Source: an uncultured Collinsella sp.
Lineage (GTDB): Bacteria; Actinomycetota; Coriobacteriia; Coriobacteriales; Coriobacteriaceae
DNA: 64,000 nucleotides
NCBI GenBank assembly: GCA_900552385.1
Contig: URZI01000008.1
Location: 13,640 to 77,639, forward strand
Direction of reading: 5' to 3'
Shown here: piece by piece, positions 47,289 to 57,558 of the stretch
Layout: each line of letters starts with the position of its first letter
Position numbering within the stretch: the first letter of the stretch is position 1
Translations under genes and position numbers: made by a program
Notes under the pieces: model-generated
Database searches by the model: none
What the model saw: only the letters and a program-made list of their open reading frames with translations
What the model was told of the DNA's origin: nothing

Positions 47289-48411
47289 TATTGTCCACTC
47301 CGTTCCTTGAAGACATAAGCGCGGGTTTGACTGCATTTTTTATAAGCCAAGTGACAACTGGCACGGCAACTGCATCGCCGAATGCGTAGCGAATCTGAGC
47401 ATCCGAGAAGCCGCTAAACTGACATGAGTCAGCACCTTGGAGACGGGCATATTCAGTTCCAGTCATCCAGCGAACTTCTATCTTTCCGTTTTCGCATATA
47501 ACGACTGCCTGTCTTGATGAGCCGCCGCGAGCCGTTCTTAGACATCCGGCAATTTCTTCTTCACGGATTTCCCAGCGCACAACGCCCGATCGCGTGCGAC
47601 GGTAAGCAGTGCGAACAATTCTTTCTTTGGCATTTAAGAAGCGCTGAAGGCGCTCTGCTTGATGCGGTGCAAGTGAGTCGATAAATGCTTGTACTTGGTT
47701 TTTGTTCCACCAACGCTTGTCGTTCTCGGGAATATTTTCAACAACCGTTGCAAGGCCCGTCATGCGAAGTGGACTTGGCTCGTTTAGGTGAGAGACGTGC
47801 GTAATGAGTGAAGGGTCGGAGTGAATCCAGGAGACCTTTTCAGGTCGAAGCGAGGAATCGAGTCGGCTGTTGGGAAGAGGGTTTTTTAATCCGACGACAA
47901 ACATGCGGGGGCGTGACTGGGGAAGCCAGTGCCGTGCATCGATAAAATAAGCGTCGCATGAATAGCCTAAACGATTAAATTCCTGGCAAACGAGTCTAAA
48001 GTCATCACTGTTATTAGACGTGGCAAGGCCGATGACATTTTCGAGAACAAGTGCCCTCGGGGCACGATCGCTCATTCCTTCGATGGCCTTAATAAAGCCA
48101 AAGAACGCGCTGGACTCTTTGCCAGAGATAAGTCCCTCCCTGTTTCCCGCGAGAGATAAGTTTGTGCAAGGGCTTGACGCCCATGCGATGTCGGCTTGAG
48201 GTATTAGGTCGGGGTCGAGTGTGTGGACATCCTGCTCGACTAGATGTTCATCGCCCCAACACTGGCTGTACATGGCGCATTTAGTATGGTCTATGTCATT
48301 TGCCCAGATTGTTTTGATTCCGGCTTTTGCCATGCCGGCACGAGCCAAGCCAATGCCTGAAAAAAACTCAAGCGCGGTTAGTTGTGGCGAGAACTGCAGA
48401 ATGTTGTGCAT
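47251..48411 (-). CDS. dcm: DNA (cytosine-5)-methyltransferase
   Basis: EFFSGIG, SSPC, LENV, PQSRPR, FGDAV motifs. Confidence 0.92.
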   Translation of the reverse strand: MHNILQFSPQLTALEFFSGIGLARAGMAKAGIKTIWANDIDHTKCAMYSQCWGDEHLVEQDVHTLDPDLIPQADIAWASSPCTNLSLAGNREGLISGKESSAFFGFIKAIEGMSDRAPRALVLENVIGLATSNNSDDFRLVCQEFNRLGYSCDAYFIDARHWLPQSRPRMFVVGLKNPLPNSRLDSSLRPEKVSWIHSDPSLITHVSHLNEPSPLRMTGLATVVENIPENDKRWWNKNQVQAFIDSLAPHQAERLQRFLNAKERIVRTAYRRTRSGVVRWEIREEEIAGCLRTARGGSSRQAVVICENGKIEVRWMTGTEYARLQGADSCQFSGFSDAQIRYAFGDAVAVPVVTWLIKNAVKPALMSSRNGVDNNGNDQLLLERAR

Positions 48412-48519
48412 GTACTGGCTTTCAGATAGTTGTTATTTGGCATCTTATGGTACTTGTTTGTGAGGACATTCGCTTACATACGGATGAGATTCCCTCGATA
48501 CCGTGCCATCATTGACATT

Positions 48520-49311
48520 TTATTCAGAATGCGAATAGCAGGTGGTATGGGTGGCGCGGAAGCGGCAGTGCTCGCGCATGCGGCAGATATTGCAGGTGGG
48601 GCGGCTCTGGGCGTCGTGGACTTCGCCGTCGAACAGGCCGATCACCGCGGTCACGCTCTTGGTGGGCATGAGCAGGCTGGTCGGCGTGACGGTAAGCCCG
48701 ATGAGCCGCGTGGCGTTGAGCGCATTGACGATCGAGCGCTGGGCCGAGAGCGGGCAGTCGCCGTAGCCGGGGCTAAAGCGCCAGTTGCCGGCGAGTCCGT
48801 GTGCGGCGGCGTCCGTCTTGACCTGCTGGTCCATTTGCTCAACGGCGGCTTCCACGTAAGCGGAGCACGCGGCGTCGAGCACGGCGCCCTCCAGGGGATG
48901 TTGGGCTCCCGTGGTGCGCAGACGACGCTCGGCGTCCATGCCGAGGGTGCACGCCACGAGTGCGGCAAAGCGGGCGTCTTTGAGGTGGCGATAGATATCG
49001 CGACCGCGCAGCTCAACGTTGGTACCGACCAAGCGAATGCAAGGCTCGCCCTGCTCATCGACGCCCGTGGCATCGATGACAAATATGCGGCGCACGCCAC
49101 GGGGCTCAATGTCCAGCTCCAGACGCTCAACGACAAGCTCAATACGCTGCGACAGCTCGGGCTCAATCTGCTGGCCGCCGTAGCCCAGGTAGCGCAGCAT
49201 CTCGGTACGATCGACGCGGGGACGATGGGCGGCATCGATACGGTAGAGCGCCGGCGACGCAAGGTCGGCCGGCACTTCACCAAAAGCTGTATCGATGTGC
49301 GGTTTTTCCAT
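48520..49311 (-). CDS. Methionine synthase activation domain protein
   Basis: LRYLG, CTLG, RFSPGYGD, PTKSVTA. Confidence 0.9.
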   Translation of the reverse strand: MEKPHIDTAFGEVPADLASPALYRIDAAHRPRVDRTEMLRYLGYGGQQIEPELSQRIELVVERLELDIEPRGVRRIFVIDATGVDEQGEPCIRLVGTNVELRGRDIYRHLKDARFAALVACTLGMDAERRLRTTGAQHPLEGAVLDAACSAYVEAAVEQMDQQVKTDAAAHGLAGNWRFSPGYGDCPLSAQRSIVNALNATRLIGLTVTPTSLLMPTKSVTAVIGLFDGEVHDAQSRPTCNICRMREHCRFRATHTTCYSHSE

Positions 49312-50183
49312 TACCCCAGGCGCTCCATAATGGTTGCGGCGATCGCAGGACGATTCATAGTGTACAGGTGCAGACCGTCGGCACCGTGCTCCTTAAGGTC
49401 GCAAAGCTGGCGGGCGGCATAATCTACACCGGCTGCCTTCAAGCTCTCGGGGTCGTTCTCGTACTTGGCGAGAATCTTGATGACGGGGGAGGGCAGCGAC
49501 GCGCCGCACATAAAGACCATGCGGCTGATCTGCGACTTGCCCATAAACGGCATGATGCCCGCGGTAATGGGCACGGTGATACCGGCCTTGTCGGCAAGCT
49601 CGCGAAAACGGTAGAAGCACTCGTTGTCAAAAAAGAGCTGCGTCACAAAGAAGCTCGCGCCGGCGTCTTGCTTTTGCTTGAGGTACTCGACCGAGAGGTT
49701 GAGATCCTCGCAGGCAATGTGGCCCTCGGGGTAGGCTGCGGCGCCCACGCAAAAGCCGGCGTCGACGAGCTCGGGGATGAGGTCACGGGCGTAGGCGTAG
49801 TCCGAGGCGGGCTTGTCGTCCTCAGTCGCGCCGGCGGGAAGATCGCCGCGCAGAGCCAGCACATTTTCTACGCCGGCGGAGCGGTACTCGTCGATCTTGG
49901 CGGCGATATCGGCATGCGTGCGGCCCACGCAGGTGAGGTGCGCCACCGAGGGCGTATCGAATTCGCTCGTAATCATATGCGCGATGGGGGCAGTGGTGGC
50001 ACCGTTGCCCGAGCCGCCGGCCGAGCAGGTGACCGAGACAAAGCTCGGCGAAAGCTTGCACAGATTGCCTGCCACCTCGCGAGCCGTGTCGAGGGTCAGC
50101 TCGCCCTTGGGCGGGAACATCTCAAACGAAACGGGCGCGGTGCCCTGGGATGCTGCCTGCTTAAAAACCTCGTCGACGCGCAT
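49311..50183 (-). CDS. metF: 5,10-methylenetetrahydrofolate reductase
   Basis: SFEMFPPK, AHLTC, LALRGD, TQLFFD, HLYTMN. Confidence 0.95.
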   Translation of the reverse strand: MRVDEVFKQAASQGTAPVSFEMFPPKGELTLDTAREVAGNLCKLSPSFVSVTCSAGGSGNGATTAPIAHMITSEFDTPSVAHLTCVGRTHADIAAKIDEYRSAGVENVLALRGDLPAGATEDDKPASDYAYARDLIPELVDAGFCVGAAAYPEGHIACEDLNLSVEYLKQKQDAGASFFVTQLFFDNECFYRFRELADKAGITVPITAGIMPFMGKSQISRMVFMCGASLPSPVIKILAKYENDPESLKAAGVDYAARQLCDLKEHGADGLHLYTMNRPAIAATIMERLG

Positions 50184-50492
50184 ATCGTGCTCCTCTAGAT
50201 ACGTAATAGTGTGATGTGTTGTAAGGATTCTACAGCACCGCTGTGCCACGATGGAGTTTCACTCGCTATTTGGGGATACCAATCGAAAATGCTTCGCTAT
50301 CGGTATTTCCTATAACAGAGCGGTCAATGTAGGATGGGGCTATATTGAATGGTATCTGATGCGAAATACCAGTTAAGAAAGCCCCATCCCAAATTGACTA
50401 CCCTTAAACCATGGGGAGAGGTCTGCAATTTATGCAGTTGATTGGCTGTTGAGGGTGGCAACGCCGCCTCGATAGGGTAACCTCAATGATTG

Positions 50493-50530
50493 GTTTCGCG
50501 ACGGCAACATAACGGTAATGTCGCGGAAAC
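50493..50530 (+). promoter_or_regulatory. GlnR-box-like site upstream of glutamine synthetase
   Basis: gtttc-n6-gcaac-n6-gtaat-n6-gaaac (11-bp period). Confidence 0.5.
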
Positions 50531-50609
50531 ACGGCGAGTCTAAGCTATGACTCGTTCGTTAGTAATCAACACCGCTTCTCACGCGGTGCCGATACGAAGG
50601 GAGTTCCGT

Positions 50610-52697
50610 ATGGCCGAACTTACTGACCGCTTCGGGACCATGGTGTTCTCTGAGGAAGTCATGAAGGACTACCTCCCCAAGGACATTTGGAAGCGCCTTG
50701 CTGCAACCCTCGAGGGCGGTGAGCCGCTCGACCTGGATGTGGCCAACGCCGTTGCCCATGCCATGAAGGTCTGGGCCATCTCCAAGGGCGCGACGCACTA
50801 CGCGCACTGGTTCCAGCCGCTTTCGGGCATTACTTCCGAGAAGCACGACAGCTTCCTGGAGCCCAACCACGACGGCACCGCCATTACCAAGTTTACGGGC
50901 AAGAACCTCATCCAGGGCGAGCCCGATGCCTCGAGCTTCCCCAACGGCGGTCTGCGTGCTACCTTCGAGGCCCGTGGCTATACCGCTTGGGACCCCACTA
51001 GCCCCGCCTTTATCAAGGACGATGTCCTGTGCATCCCCACGGCTTTCTGCTCCTACACGGGCGAGGCCCTGGACAAGAAGACCCCGCTGCTGCGCTCCAT
51101 GACCGCGCTCTCGCGTGAGTCCAAGCGTGTTTTGGCGCTGTTTGGCAAGACCCCCAAGAAGGTCGTTCCTTCCGTGGGTGACGAGCAGGAGTACTTCCTG
51201 ATCAAGAAGGACGCTTACCGCAAGCGCAAGGACCTGGTCATCACCGGCCGCACCCTCTTTGGTGCTGCTCCCTGCAAGGGCCAGGAGCTCGAGGAGCACT
51301 ACTTTGGCGCTATCCGCCCCACCGTCTCGGCCTATATGAAGGACCTGGACGATGAACTGTGGGCGCTTGGCATTCCCGCCAAGACCAAGCACAACGAGGT
51401 TGCTCCCTGCCAGCATGAGCTCGCGCCGGTCTATGGTGAGGTCAACGAGGCCATCGACCAGAATCTGGTCATGATGGAGAAGATGAAGCTCATCGCCTCC
51501 CGCCACGACTTGGTCTGCCTGCTGCACGAGAAGCCCTTTGAGGGCATCAATGGTTCGGGCAAGCACAACAACTGGTCGCTTGGCACCGAGTCCGAGAATC
51601 TGCTCGATCCGGGCGACACCCCGCTCGACAACCTGCAGTTCATCGTCTTCCTCACCGCGGTGATCGAGGCCGTCGATAACTATCAGGAGCTCCTGCGTGC
51701 CTCCGTTGCCTCGGCCGGCAACGACCATCGTCTGGGCGCCAACGAGGCTCCTCCGGCGATTATGTCCATCTTCCTGGGCGACCAGCTTACCGAGGTCGTC
51801 GAGAAGATCATCGATGGCAAGGCTTCCGTCCATGCCACGCGCGGCGTGCTCGACCTGGGCGCCGATACCCTGCCCAAGCTGATGCAGGACAACACCGACC
51901 GCAACCGCACCTCCCCGTTTGCCTTCACCGGCAACAAGTTCGAGTTCCGTGCCTGCGGCTCCGAGCAGAACGTCTCCGACTCCAACCTGGTGCTCGATGC
52001 CGCCGTGGCCAAGTCGCTCAAGTCCTTCGCCGACGCGCTTGAGGGTACGCCCGAGGATGAGTTCCAGGACGCTGCGCTCGAGTACTGTAAGAAGGTCCTG
52101 ACCGACCATCAGCGCATCCTCTTCTCCGGCGATGGCTATTCCGACGAGTGGCCCGTCGAGGCCGAGAAGCGCGGCCTTGCCAACAACAAGACCACGGCCG
52201 ACGCCCTGCCCGCCTTTGTTTCCGATAAGGCCATCGCGCTCTTTGAGGAGACGGGTGTCCTGACCAAGGCCGAGGCCCAGTGCCGCTACGATTGCAAGCT
52301 CGAGAAGTACAACAAGCTCATGAACATCGAGGCCACCACGATGGTTCGCGAGGCGCGTCGTACCTATCGCCCGGTCATTACCGCCTATGCCACCAAGGTC
52401 GCTAAGGGCCTTGAGACTATTCGTGCCGCCGGTGCCGAGGCCGCCATGCAGTGCGAGCAGAACACGCTCAACAAGCTCTGCAACGGTATCACCACCATCA
52501 ACGACTCCATCAAGGCGCTCGACGCCGTGCATCAGAAGGCCGAAGCCCTCGATGGTCAGGAGCAGGCCAATGTGTATGCACACGAGGTCGTTCCCGCTAT
52601 GGATACGCTGCGTGCCGCCGTGGACGCCATGGAGGAGATCGTGGCCGCCGACTACTGGCCGGTCCCGACCTACGACGACATTCTGTTCTATGTGTAA
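50610..52697 (+). CDS. Glutamine synthetase type III
   Basis: [45 protein letters not shown]. Confidence 0.95.
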   Translation: MAELTDRFGTMVFSEEVMKDYLPKDIWKRLAATLEGGEPLDLDVANAVAHAMKVWAISKGATHYAHWFQPLSGITSEKHDSFLEPNHDGTAITKFTGKNLIQGEPDASSFPNGGLRATFEARGYTAWDPTSPAFIKDDVLCIPTAFCSYTGEALDKKTPLLRSMTALSRESKRVLALFGKTPKKVVPSVGDEQEYFLIKKDAYRKRKDLVITGRTLFGAAPCKGQELEEHYFGAIRPTVSAYMKDLDDELWALGIPAKTKHNEVAPCQHELAPVYGEVNEAIDQNLVMMEKMKLIASRHDLVCLLHEKPFEGINGSGKHNNWSLGTESENLLDPGDTPLDNLQFIVFLTAVIEAVDNYQELLRASVASAGNDHRLGANEAPPAIMSIFLGDQLTEVVEKIIDGKASVHATRGVLDLGADTLPKLMQDNTDRNRTSPFAFTGNKFEFRACGSEQNVSDSNLVLDAAVAKSLKSFADALEGTPEDEFQDAALEYCKKVLTDHQRILFSGDGYSDEWPVEAEKRGLANNKTTADALPAFVSDKAIALFEETGVLTKAEAQCRYDCKLEKYNKLMNIEATTMVREARRTYRPVITAYATKVAKGLETIRAAGAEAAMQCEQNTLNKLCNGITTINDSIKALDAVHQKAEALDGQEQANVYAHEVVPAMDTLRAAVDAMEEIVAADYWPVPTYDDILFYV

Positions 52698-52721
52698 CAG
52701 ACACGATTGATTTTGCGTGCG

Positions 52722-52754
52722 AAGGGGTCTCGCCTGTGCGAGGCCCCTTTTTTG
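52722..52754 (+). terminator. Terminator after GSIII
   Basis: aaggggtctcgc-ctgt-gcgaggcccctttttt. Confidence 0.8.
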
Positions 52755-52876
52755 TCGCTTGGGCCTTCTTTGAATTTACTGCCGACCAAGCGTTTCGCGC
52801 AGGGCATCTTAAAAGCTGTAACCTGTTTTGATATGCGGACGTTTCGGGCGTTTGTTCATAAAGGGAGGATTATTCG

Positions 52877-53638
52877 ATGAAGGTATTCGACATCGTGTTT
52901 AGCCCGACGGGTGGAACAGAAAAGGTATCTACCTACATTGCCAATGCGTTAGAAGGGGAAACCGTTGCCGTAGATCTGACCGATAGCGGGCTTGGCTTTC
53001 GCACGGTTGCGATGACAAAAGAGGATGTAGCCGTGATCGCGGTGCCTTCGTATGGCGGGCGAGTCCCGGCTGTTGCCGTGGAGCGCTTGGGTATGATGCG
53101 GGGAAACGGCGCACGGGCAGTTCTGGTTTGTGTTTACGGAAACCGCGCGTATGAGGACACGCTGGTCGAGCTTGAGGACGTGGCGAAAGACGCGGGCTTT
53201 CGGGTGATCGCGGCAGTTTCTGCCATCGCCGAGCATTCTATTGTTCGCCAGTTTGCCGCCGGTCGGCCAGATGCTCAGGACGCGGCACAGCTCACTGGGT
53301 TTGCGGATCAGATTCAGCAAAAGATATCTGCAGGAGATGCTTCTGAGCCGGCTATTCCGGGTAATCGTCCTTATAAGAAAGCTGGGGGCGCCGGTATGGT
53401 ACCTAAGGTCACAAGGGGATGCACCGCCTGCGGAGCTTGTGCCGCAGCGTGTCCCGTTGGCGCTATCGATAAAGACGATCCTAAGCGGGTGGACAAAAAG
53501 GCCTGCATTTCCTGCATGCGCTGCATTGCCGTATGTCCGTGGGGCGCTCGCGCGGTAAATCCCGTCATGCTCTCTGCGGCTACCAAGATGTTGAGCAAAG
53601 CCTGCTCTGAGCGGAAGGAGTGCGAGCTGTTTATCTAG
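52877..53638 (+). CDS. Flavodoxin-like/4Fe-4S protein (EFR1-like)
   Basis: FSPTGGT, PSYGGR, CTACGACAAACP and CISCMRCIAVCP. Confidence 0.88.
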   Translation: MKVFDIVFSPTGGTEKVSTYIANALEGETVAVDLTDSGLGFRTVAMTKEDVAVIAVPSYGGRVPAVAVERLGMMRGNGARAVLVCVYGNRAYEDTLVELEDVAKDAGFRVIAAVSAIAEHSIVRQFAAGRPDAQDAAQLTGFADQIQQKISAGDASEPAIPGNRPYKKAGGAGMVPKVTRGCTACGACAAACPVGAIDKDDPKRVDKKACISCMRCIAVCPWGARAVNPVMLSAATKMLSKACSERKECELFI

Positions 53639-53726
53639 CGCAAGGGCCCGGAGTCCTCTTCATCTAATGTCAAAATAGAACGAACCCGTGCGATGGTAAC
53701 TCGCACGGGTTCGTACATTTTTGAGT

Positions 53727-53744
53727 TGGTGCCCCCAGCGGGAT
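53727..53744 (-). repeat. 18-bp duplication of tRNA-Glu 3' end
   Basis: tggtgcccccagcgggat identical to 53916-53933. Confidence 0.85.
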
Positions 53745-53915
53745 GTCCGCGTGCGGCTGACGCCGTCCGCTTCCGCTGCGTCGCTCCGCTCCTTGCGTGC
53801 TGCGCTGGAAAACGCTTGCGCGTTTCCTCAGCTCCGCACCCTGTCGGGTTCGAATCCCGGCGCATGGGTAGCAAAAAGCCCGCTACCGAATTGGTAACGG
53901 GCTTCTCAGATTCTG

Positions 53916-53992
53916 TGGTGCCCCCAGCGGGATTCGAACCCGCGATATCCACCTTGAAAGGGTGGCGTCCTTGGCCGCTAGACGATGGGGAC
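53916..53992 (-). tRNA. tRNA-Glu(TTC)
   Basis: gtccccatcgtctagcggccaagg...caccctTTCaaggtg...gggttcgaatccc...gggggcacca cloverleaf with encoded CCA. Confidence 0.95.
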
Positions 53993-54090
53993 AGCGGGAA
54001 AGAGTATAGCAGACTTTTTTGCCGGCGCGTATATCGTTGGCAAACTGGAAAACCACCACACAGGAGCTGGCCCCCTATCCTGATTTTCAA

Positions 54091-54233
54091 ATATCTCAAT
54101 CTGTAACATCTGGGCGGGCAAATCGGCTCTATCTGTTACAGATCGAGACAAACGACGGGCGTCGGGACGAATATCTCAATCTGTAACAGTAAGACGACTT
54201 TCAACGGCCTAGATGTTACAGATCGAGACAAAC
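54091..54233. repeat. Two 80-bp-period palindromic units
   Basis: atatctcaatctgtaaca at 54091 and 54171, each followed by tgttacagatcgagacaaac. Confidence 0.8.
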
Positions 54234-54291
54234 AAACGTGGCAGATCAAAACCACCACAAAGGGGCCTGTCCCCTTTGTGGTGGCGGGGCG

Positions 54292-56469
54292 TTAGGGGAG
54301 GAGCTTCATCGCGGCGTCGTGGGCGGCGTGCTCGTAAGCGTCGTCGAGGGGTTTGAGCGGCAGCAGGGCGGTGGTCTGTGCGTCGCCACGGCGCTCGAGG
54401 GCGTGGGCGATGAGCCAGTCGGCGAGCTCGGGGTTCTTGGGGAGCGCCGGTCCGTGCAGGTACGTGCCGATGATGCCCTTGTAGATGAGACCCTCAAAGC
54501 CATCGTCGCCGTTGTTGCCGGTGCCCGTGACGACGGACGTTCCGAGCGGCGTGGCCTCAGCATCGAGCAGGGTACGGCCTCCGTGGTTCTCAAATCCCAC
54601 AAAGGGCTCGGGTGCCAGGTCGGTCTTGACGGCGACGTTGCCGATCAGGCGGTCGGAGCCGCGCACGGTTTCGGCGGCAATGACGCCCAGGCCCTCGATG
54701 CGATTCTCGCCCATATAGTACGAACGGCCGAGCAGCTGATAGCTGCCGCAGATGGCGAGCAGCGAACCGCCGTCCTCAACATAGGCCGCGACCTTGTCTT
54801 TTTGAGCGAACAGCTCGTGTGCCACGGCCAGCTGATCGCGGTCGGAGCCACCGCCCATCATGACGATGTCGGCGTCGGTGAGATCGAGCGACTCGCCCAT
54901 ACGGACCTCGTCCACGCGCACGGGGATGCCACGCCAGGCGCAGCGGCGCTCGAGGGCAATGACGTTGCCGCCGTCGCCATAGAGGTTGAGGGCATCGGGA
55001 TACAGGTAGACAATACGCAGGGGGCGCGAAAGCTCGACCGGCGCAATATCGGTGGGGACAACGCTGCCATCGGCGCGCGTTACGGCGTGGGAGGCGACCG
55101 AGCTCGCATCGGCGCTCTTAAGCTCGTTGAGCTCCTGGACCAGCGGCGGGAAGGCCGTGTAGTTGGCGACGGCGTAGAAAGTATCGCCAGCCTCCTCGTC
55201 CGCCACGGCGCCGATCGCTTGCTCGATATTCGAGATGATGGCGGCGTCGATGCCGGCGTACTTCAGACGTACCTGCATATCGTGTGCACGCGTGCCGCCG
55301 GCAAAGGCGACAAGCCCTGGGGTATCGGCGATGCGCTCGAAGTCGACGTCGTAGATCCACGAGACATCGTGGCCGTCGGCGTCGTTGTCGTTCAGGAAGA
55401 AGGCGCAGAGCCTGCCGCCTGCCGTTTTAATGGACTGAATCTGGCGATCGAAGCCCACGGGATTTTTGGCCAGGTTTGCCTCGACGGTGCGGTCGGCAAT
55501 GCTCCAGCGGCCCATGCGTCCGCCGGCGGGGACGTAGGCATCGAGCGTGGGCTGTAGATGCGCCGCGTCCACGCCCAGCTCGCGCGCCGCAAAGAAGGCG
55601 GCGGCAACGTTGTAGACCATGTATAGGCCGTTGTAGCGCGTGGCGATGTGCGTTGCGGGTGCGTCGGTATCGGGTCCAAAGTTCAGGTCAAAGCCGTAGC
55701 CGTTGCAGGTGAGCTCAACGCCCGTCACGCGACGGACCAGCGCGGGACGACCCCAGCCGCACGAGGGGCAATGGTATGCGCCGAGCTGTCCGTACTGCAC
55801 ATAGTCGTACTCCAGCGGCGCGTTGCACTGCGAGCAAAAACGCGAGTCGCTAATGCGATCGGACTCGGTGCCCGTAGCACCGTCGATGCCAAAGGCGATG
55901 CTTGCATTGGGAACGCGCGCGGCGATCGCGGCACACAGCGGGTCGTCGGCGTTATAGATGAGCGTCGTTGTCGGCGAAAGCTCCAGCGCGTGGGCGATGA
56001 CGTCCTGGGTGTGGTCGATCTCGCCGTAGCGGTCCAGCTGGTCGCGGAACAGGTTGAGCAGCACAAAGTACGTCGGCTTGAGCTTGGGCAGGACGCGCAC
56101 CGTGTAGAGCTCGTCGCACTCAAAGACGCCTACGCGCTTGCTGCTGGCGGTTCGCTTAAGGTTGCCACGCGCCTCGAGCAGGGCACCAACCACGCCCGGC
56201 TCCATGTTGTTTCCGGCACGGTTGCATACCACGGTGGCGCCGCTGGCGGCAACGGCGTCGGCAATGAGATTGGAGGTGGTGGTCTTGCCGTTGGTGCCGG
56301 TGATCACCACGCTGTGGTCGACAAGGCCCGCGAGGTCGCTTAACAGCTCGGGGTCGATTTTCATGGCGATGCGGCCGGGGAGTACGCCGCCCTGGCGCTT
56401 AAGGACAGAGCGCAGCCCCCAGCGGGCGATATCGCTCGAGGTGCAGGCGAGAGATGAGCGGAAGTTCAT
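54292..56469 (-). CDS. Fused MurT-GatD lipid II isoglutaminyl synthase
   Basis: TGTNGKTTT, NLFRDQLDRYGE, DGHDVSWI (MurT); LNLYGDGGN, AICGSYQL, GFENHGG, YLHGP (GatD). Confidence 0.88.
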   Translation of the reverse strand: MNFRSSLACTSSDIARWGLRSVLKRQGGVLPGRIAMKIDPELLSDLAGLVDHSVVITGTNGKTTTSNLIADAVAASGATVVCNRAGNNMEPGVVGALLEARGNLKRTASSKRVGVFECDELYTVRVLPKLKPTYFVLLNLFRDQLDRYGEIDHTQDVIAHALELSPTTTLIYNADDPLCAAIAARVPNASIAFGIDGATGTESDRISDSRFCSQCNAPLEYDYVQYGQLGAYHCPSCGWGRPALVRRVTGVELTCNGYGFDLNFGPDTDAPATHIATRYNGLYMVYNVAAAFFAARELGVDAAHLQPTLDAYVPAGGRMGRWSIADRTVEANLAKNPVGFDRQIQSIKTAGGRLCAFFLNDNDADGHDVSWIYDVDFERIADTPGLVAFAGGTRAHDMQVRLKYAGIDAAIISNIEQAIGAVADEEAGDTFYAVANYTAFPPLVQELNELKSADASSVASHAVTRADGSVVPTDIAPVELSRPLRIVYLYPDALNLYGDGGNVIALERRCAWRGIPVRVDEVRMGESLDLTDADIVMMGGGSDRDQLAVAHELFAQKDKVAAYVEDGGSLLAICGSYQLLGRSYYMGENRIEGLGVIAAETVRGSDRLIGNVAVKTDLAPEPFVGFENHGGRTLLDAEATPLGTSVVTGTGNNGDDGFEGLIYKGIIGTYLHGPALPKNPELADWLIAHALERRGDAQTTALLPLKPLDDAYEHAAHDAAMKLLP

Positions 56470-56514
56470 GAAGCCGTTCCTAACGTGAATGACATGGTCG
56501 TGGCGTTTGCGCCG

Positions 56515-57558
56515 TTAAAAACCGTAACGGCGCGCAAATTCCTGGGCAAGCTGCGATACGTCTTCGCAAGCGCTGGCCCAGGGGGCAAAGTCGGGAGTAT
56601 CCGAGATGATGCCGTCGGCCTCCCAAACTGCCTGATGCGAAAGGTCCCAGGGGTCGTGCGGTTCGGGCCGGCAGGGAAGGTACGGTGTCTGATACATGGG
56701 GTTCAGCAAAAAGAACGCGCCGCCTTCGCAGCGGTTGGCAAACTCGCGCAGCGCACGTGTCGCCGGGCGCATCTTGTTCGTTTTGAACAGCAAGATCGTG
56801 CGGGCGAACAGATACCAGGGGGAGTCCTCGAGGACATCGGCCCCCATCTGTTCCTCGAGCTGGTGGGCTAGGGCAAAAAAGCCGTCCTCGTCTTCCAGAC
56901 GAGCGAGGGCGAGTAGCACGGTGCCTGCAGCTCGGGTGGGATAGCCTTCCGCCTTAAGAACACGGCGAGAATAGTTGGCGGCGGCACGGTAGCGAGCGCT
57001 CGCCATGCACAGCTGCGAGATGGCCTCGAGCGTGTGGAGCCACCCGATAAGAGCCGGCTCGCTCACGGTGAGATCGGCCGCCGTCACGCCGTCTGCCAGC
57101 ACCTTGTTGGCCCAGTAGTGCGGGGCCTCCATATCAAACCCGGGCACGCTCTGTTGCAGGTAGTCGGCCGTGCTCGCCTCGAGCTTCATCAGATCGCCCA
57201 GGCAGGCATCGACGGGCGTGTCCGCCAGGATGATGGCGAGCAACTGGGCATCGACGGCCAGCGCATCGACACGAACAATCTTGAGCAGCTCGTCGCGCAT
57301 GTCGTCGAACAGGCGGTTGCGCGTCTGCTCAAACTCCTCGTCGCTGCCCATGTCCTCGATGCGATGGAGTTCGTCGAGCAAGTGGCGGTGGACGCCGGCA
57401 TAGGACAGCAGCGCTTGGGCATGCTCGGTCTGCGCATACTTATGAGGGTTGACGCTCACGTCGTTATGGACAAGCTCGCGTGCTGCATCGGTGAGTTCGG
57501 GGTGCGACGCAACGTAGGCGCGCTCCAGGTAGGCGGGGATGTAGACGCTCGGATCCAT
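56515..57558 (-). CDS. Hypothetical helical-repeat protein
   Basis: Long ORF coupled (TAATG) to upstream paralog. Confidence 0.75.
   Translation of the reverse strand: MDPSVYIPAYLERAYVASHPELTDAARELVHNDVSVNPHKYAQTEHAQALLSYAGVHRHLLDELHRIEDMGSDEEFEQTRNRLFDDMRDELLKIVRVDALAVDAQLLAIILADTPVDACLGDLMKLEASTADYLQQSVPGFDMEAPHYWANKVLADGVTAADLTVSEPALIGWLHTLEAISQLCMASARYRAAANYSRRVLKAEGYPTRAAGTVLLALARLEDEDGFFALAHQLEEQMGADVLEDSPWYLFARTILLFKTNKMRPATRALREFANRCEGGAFFLLNPMYQTPYLPCRPEPHDPWDLSHQAVWEADGIISDTPDFAPWASACEDVSQLAQEFARRYGF

Noticed and set aside
46274..48539. 9-bp inverted repeat (gctattcgc/gcgaatagc) at the ends of the Dcm cassette as transposon ends
   Set aside because: Too short, lies within coding ends, and there is no transposase or target duplication.
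50184..50400. SAM riboswitch or T-box upstream of metF
   Set aside because: No recognisable consensus elements.
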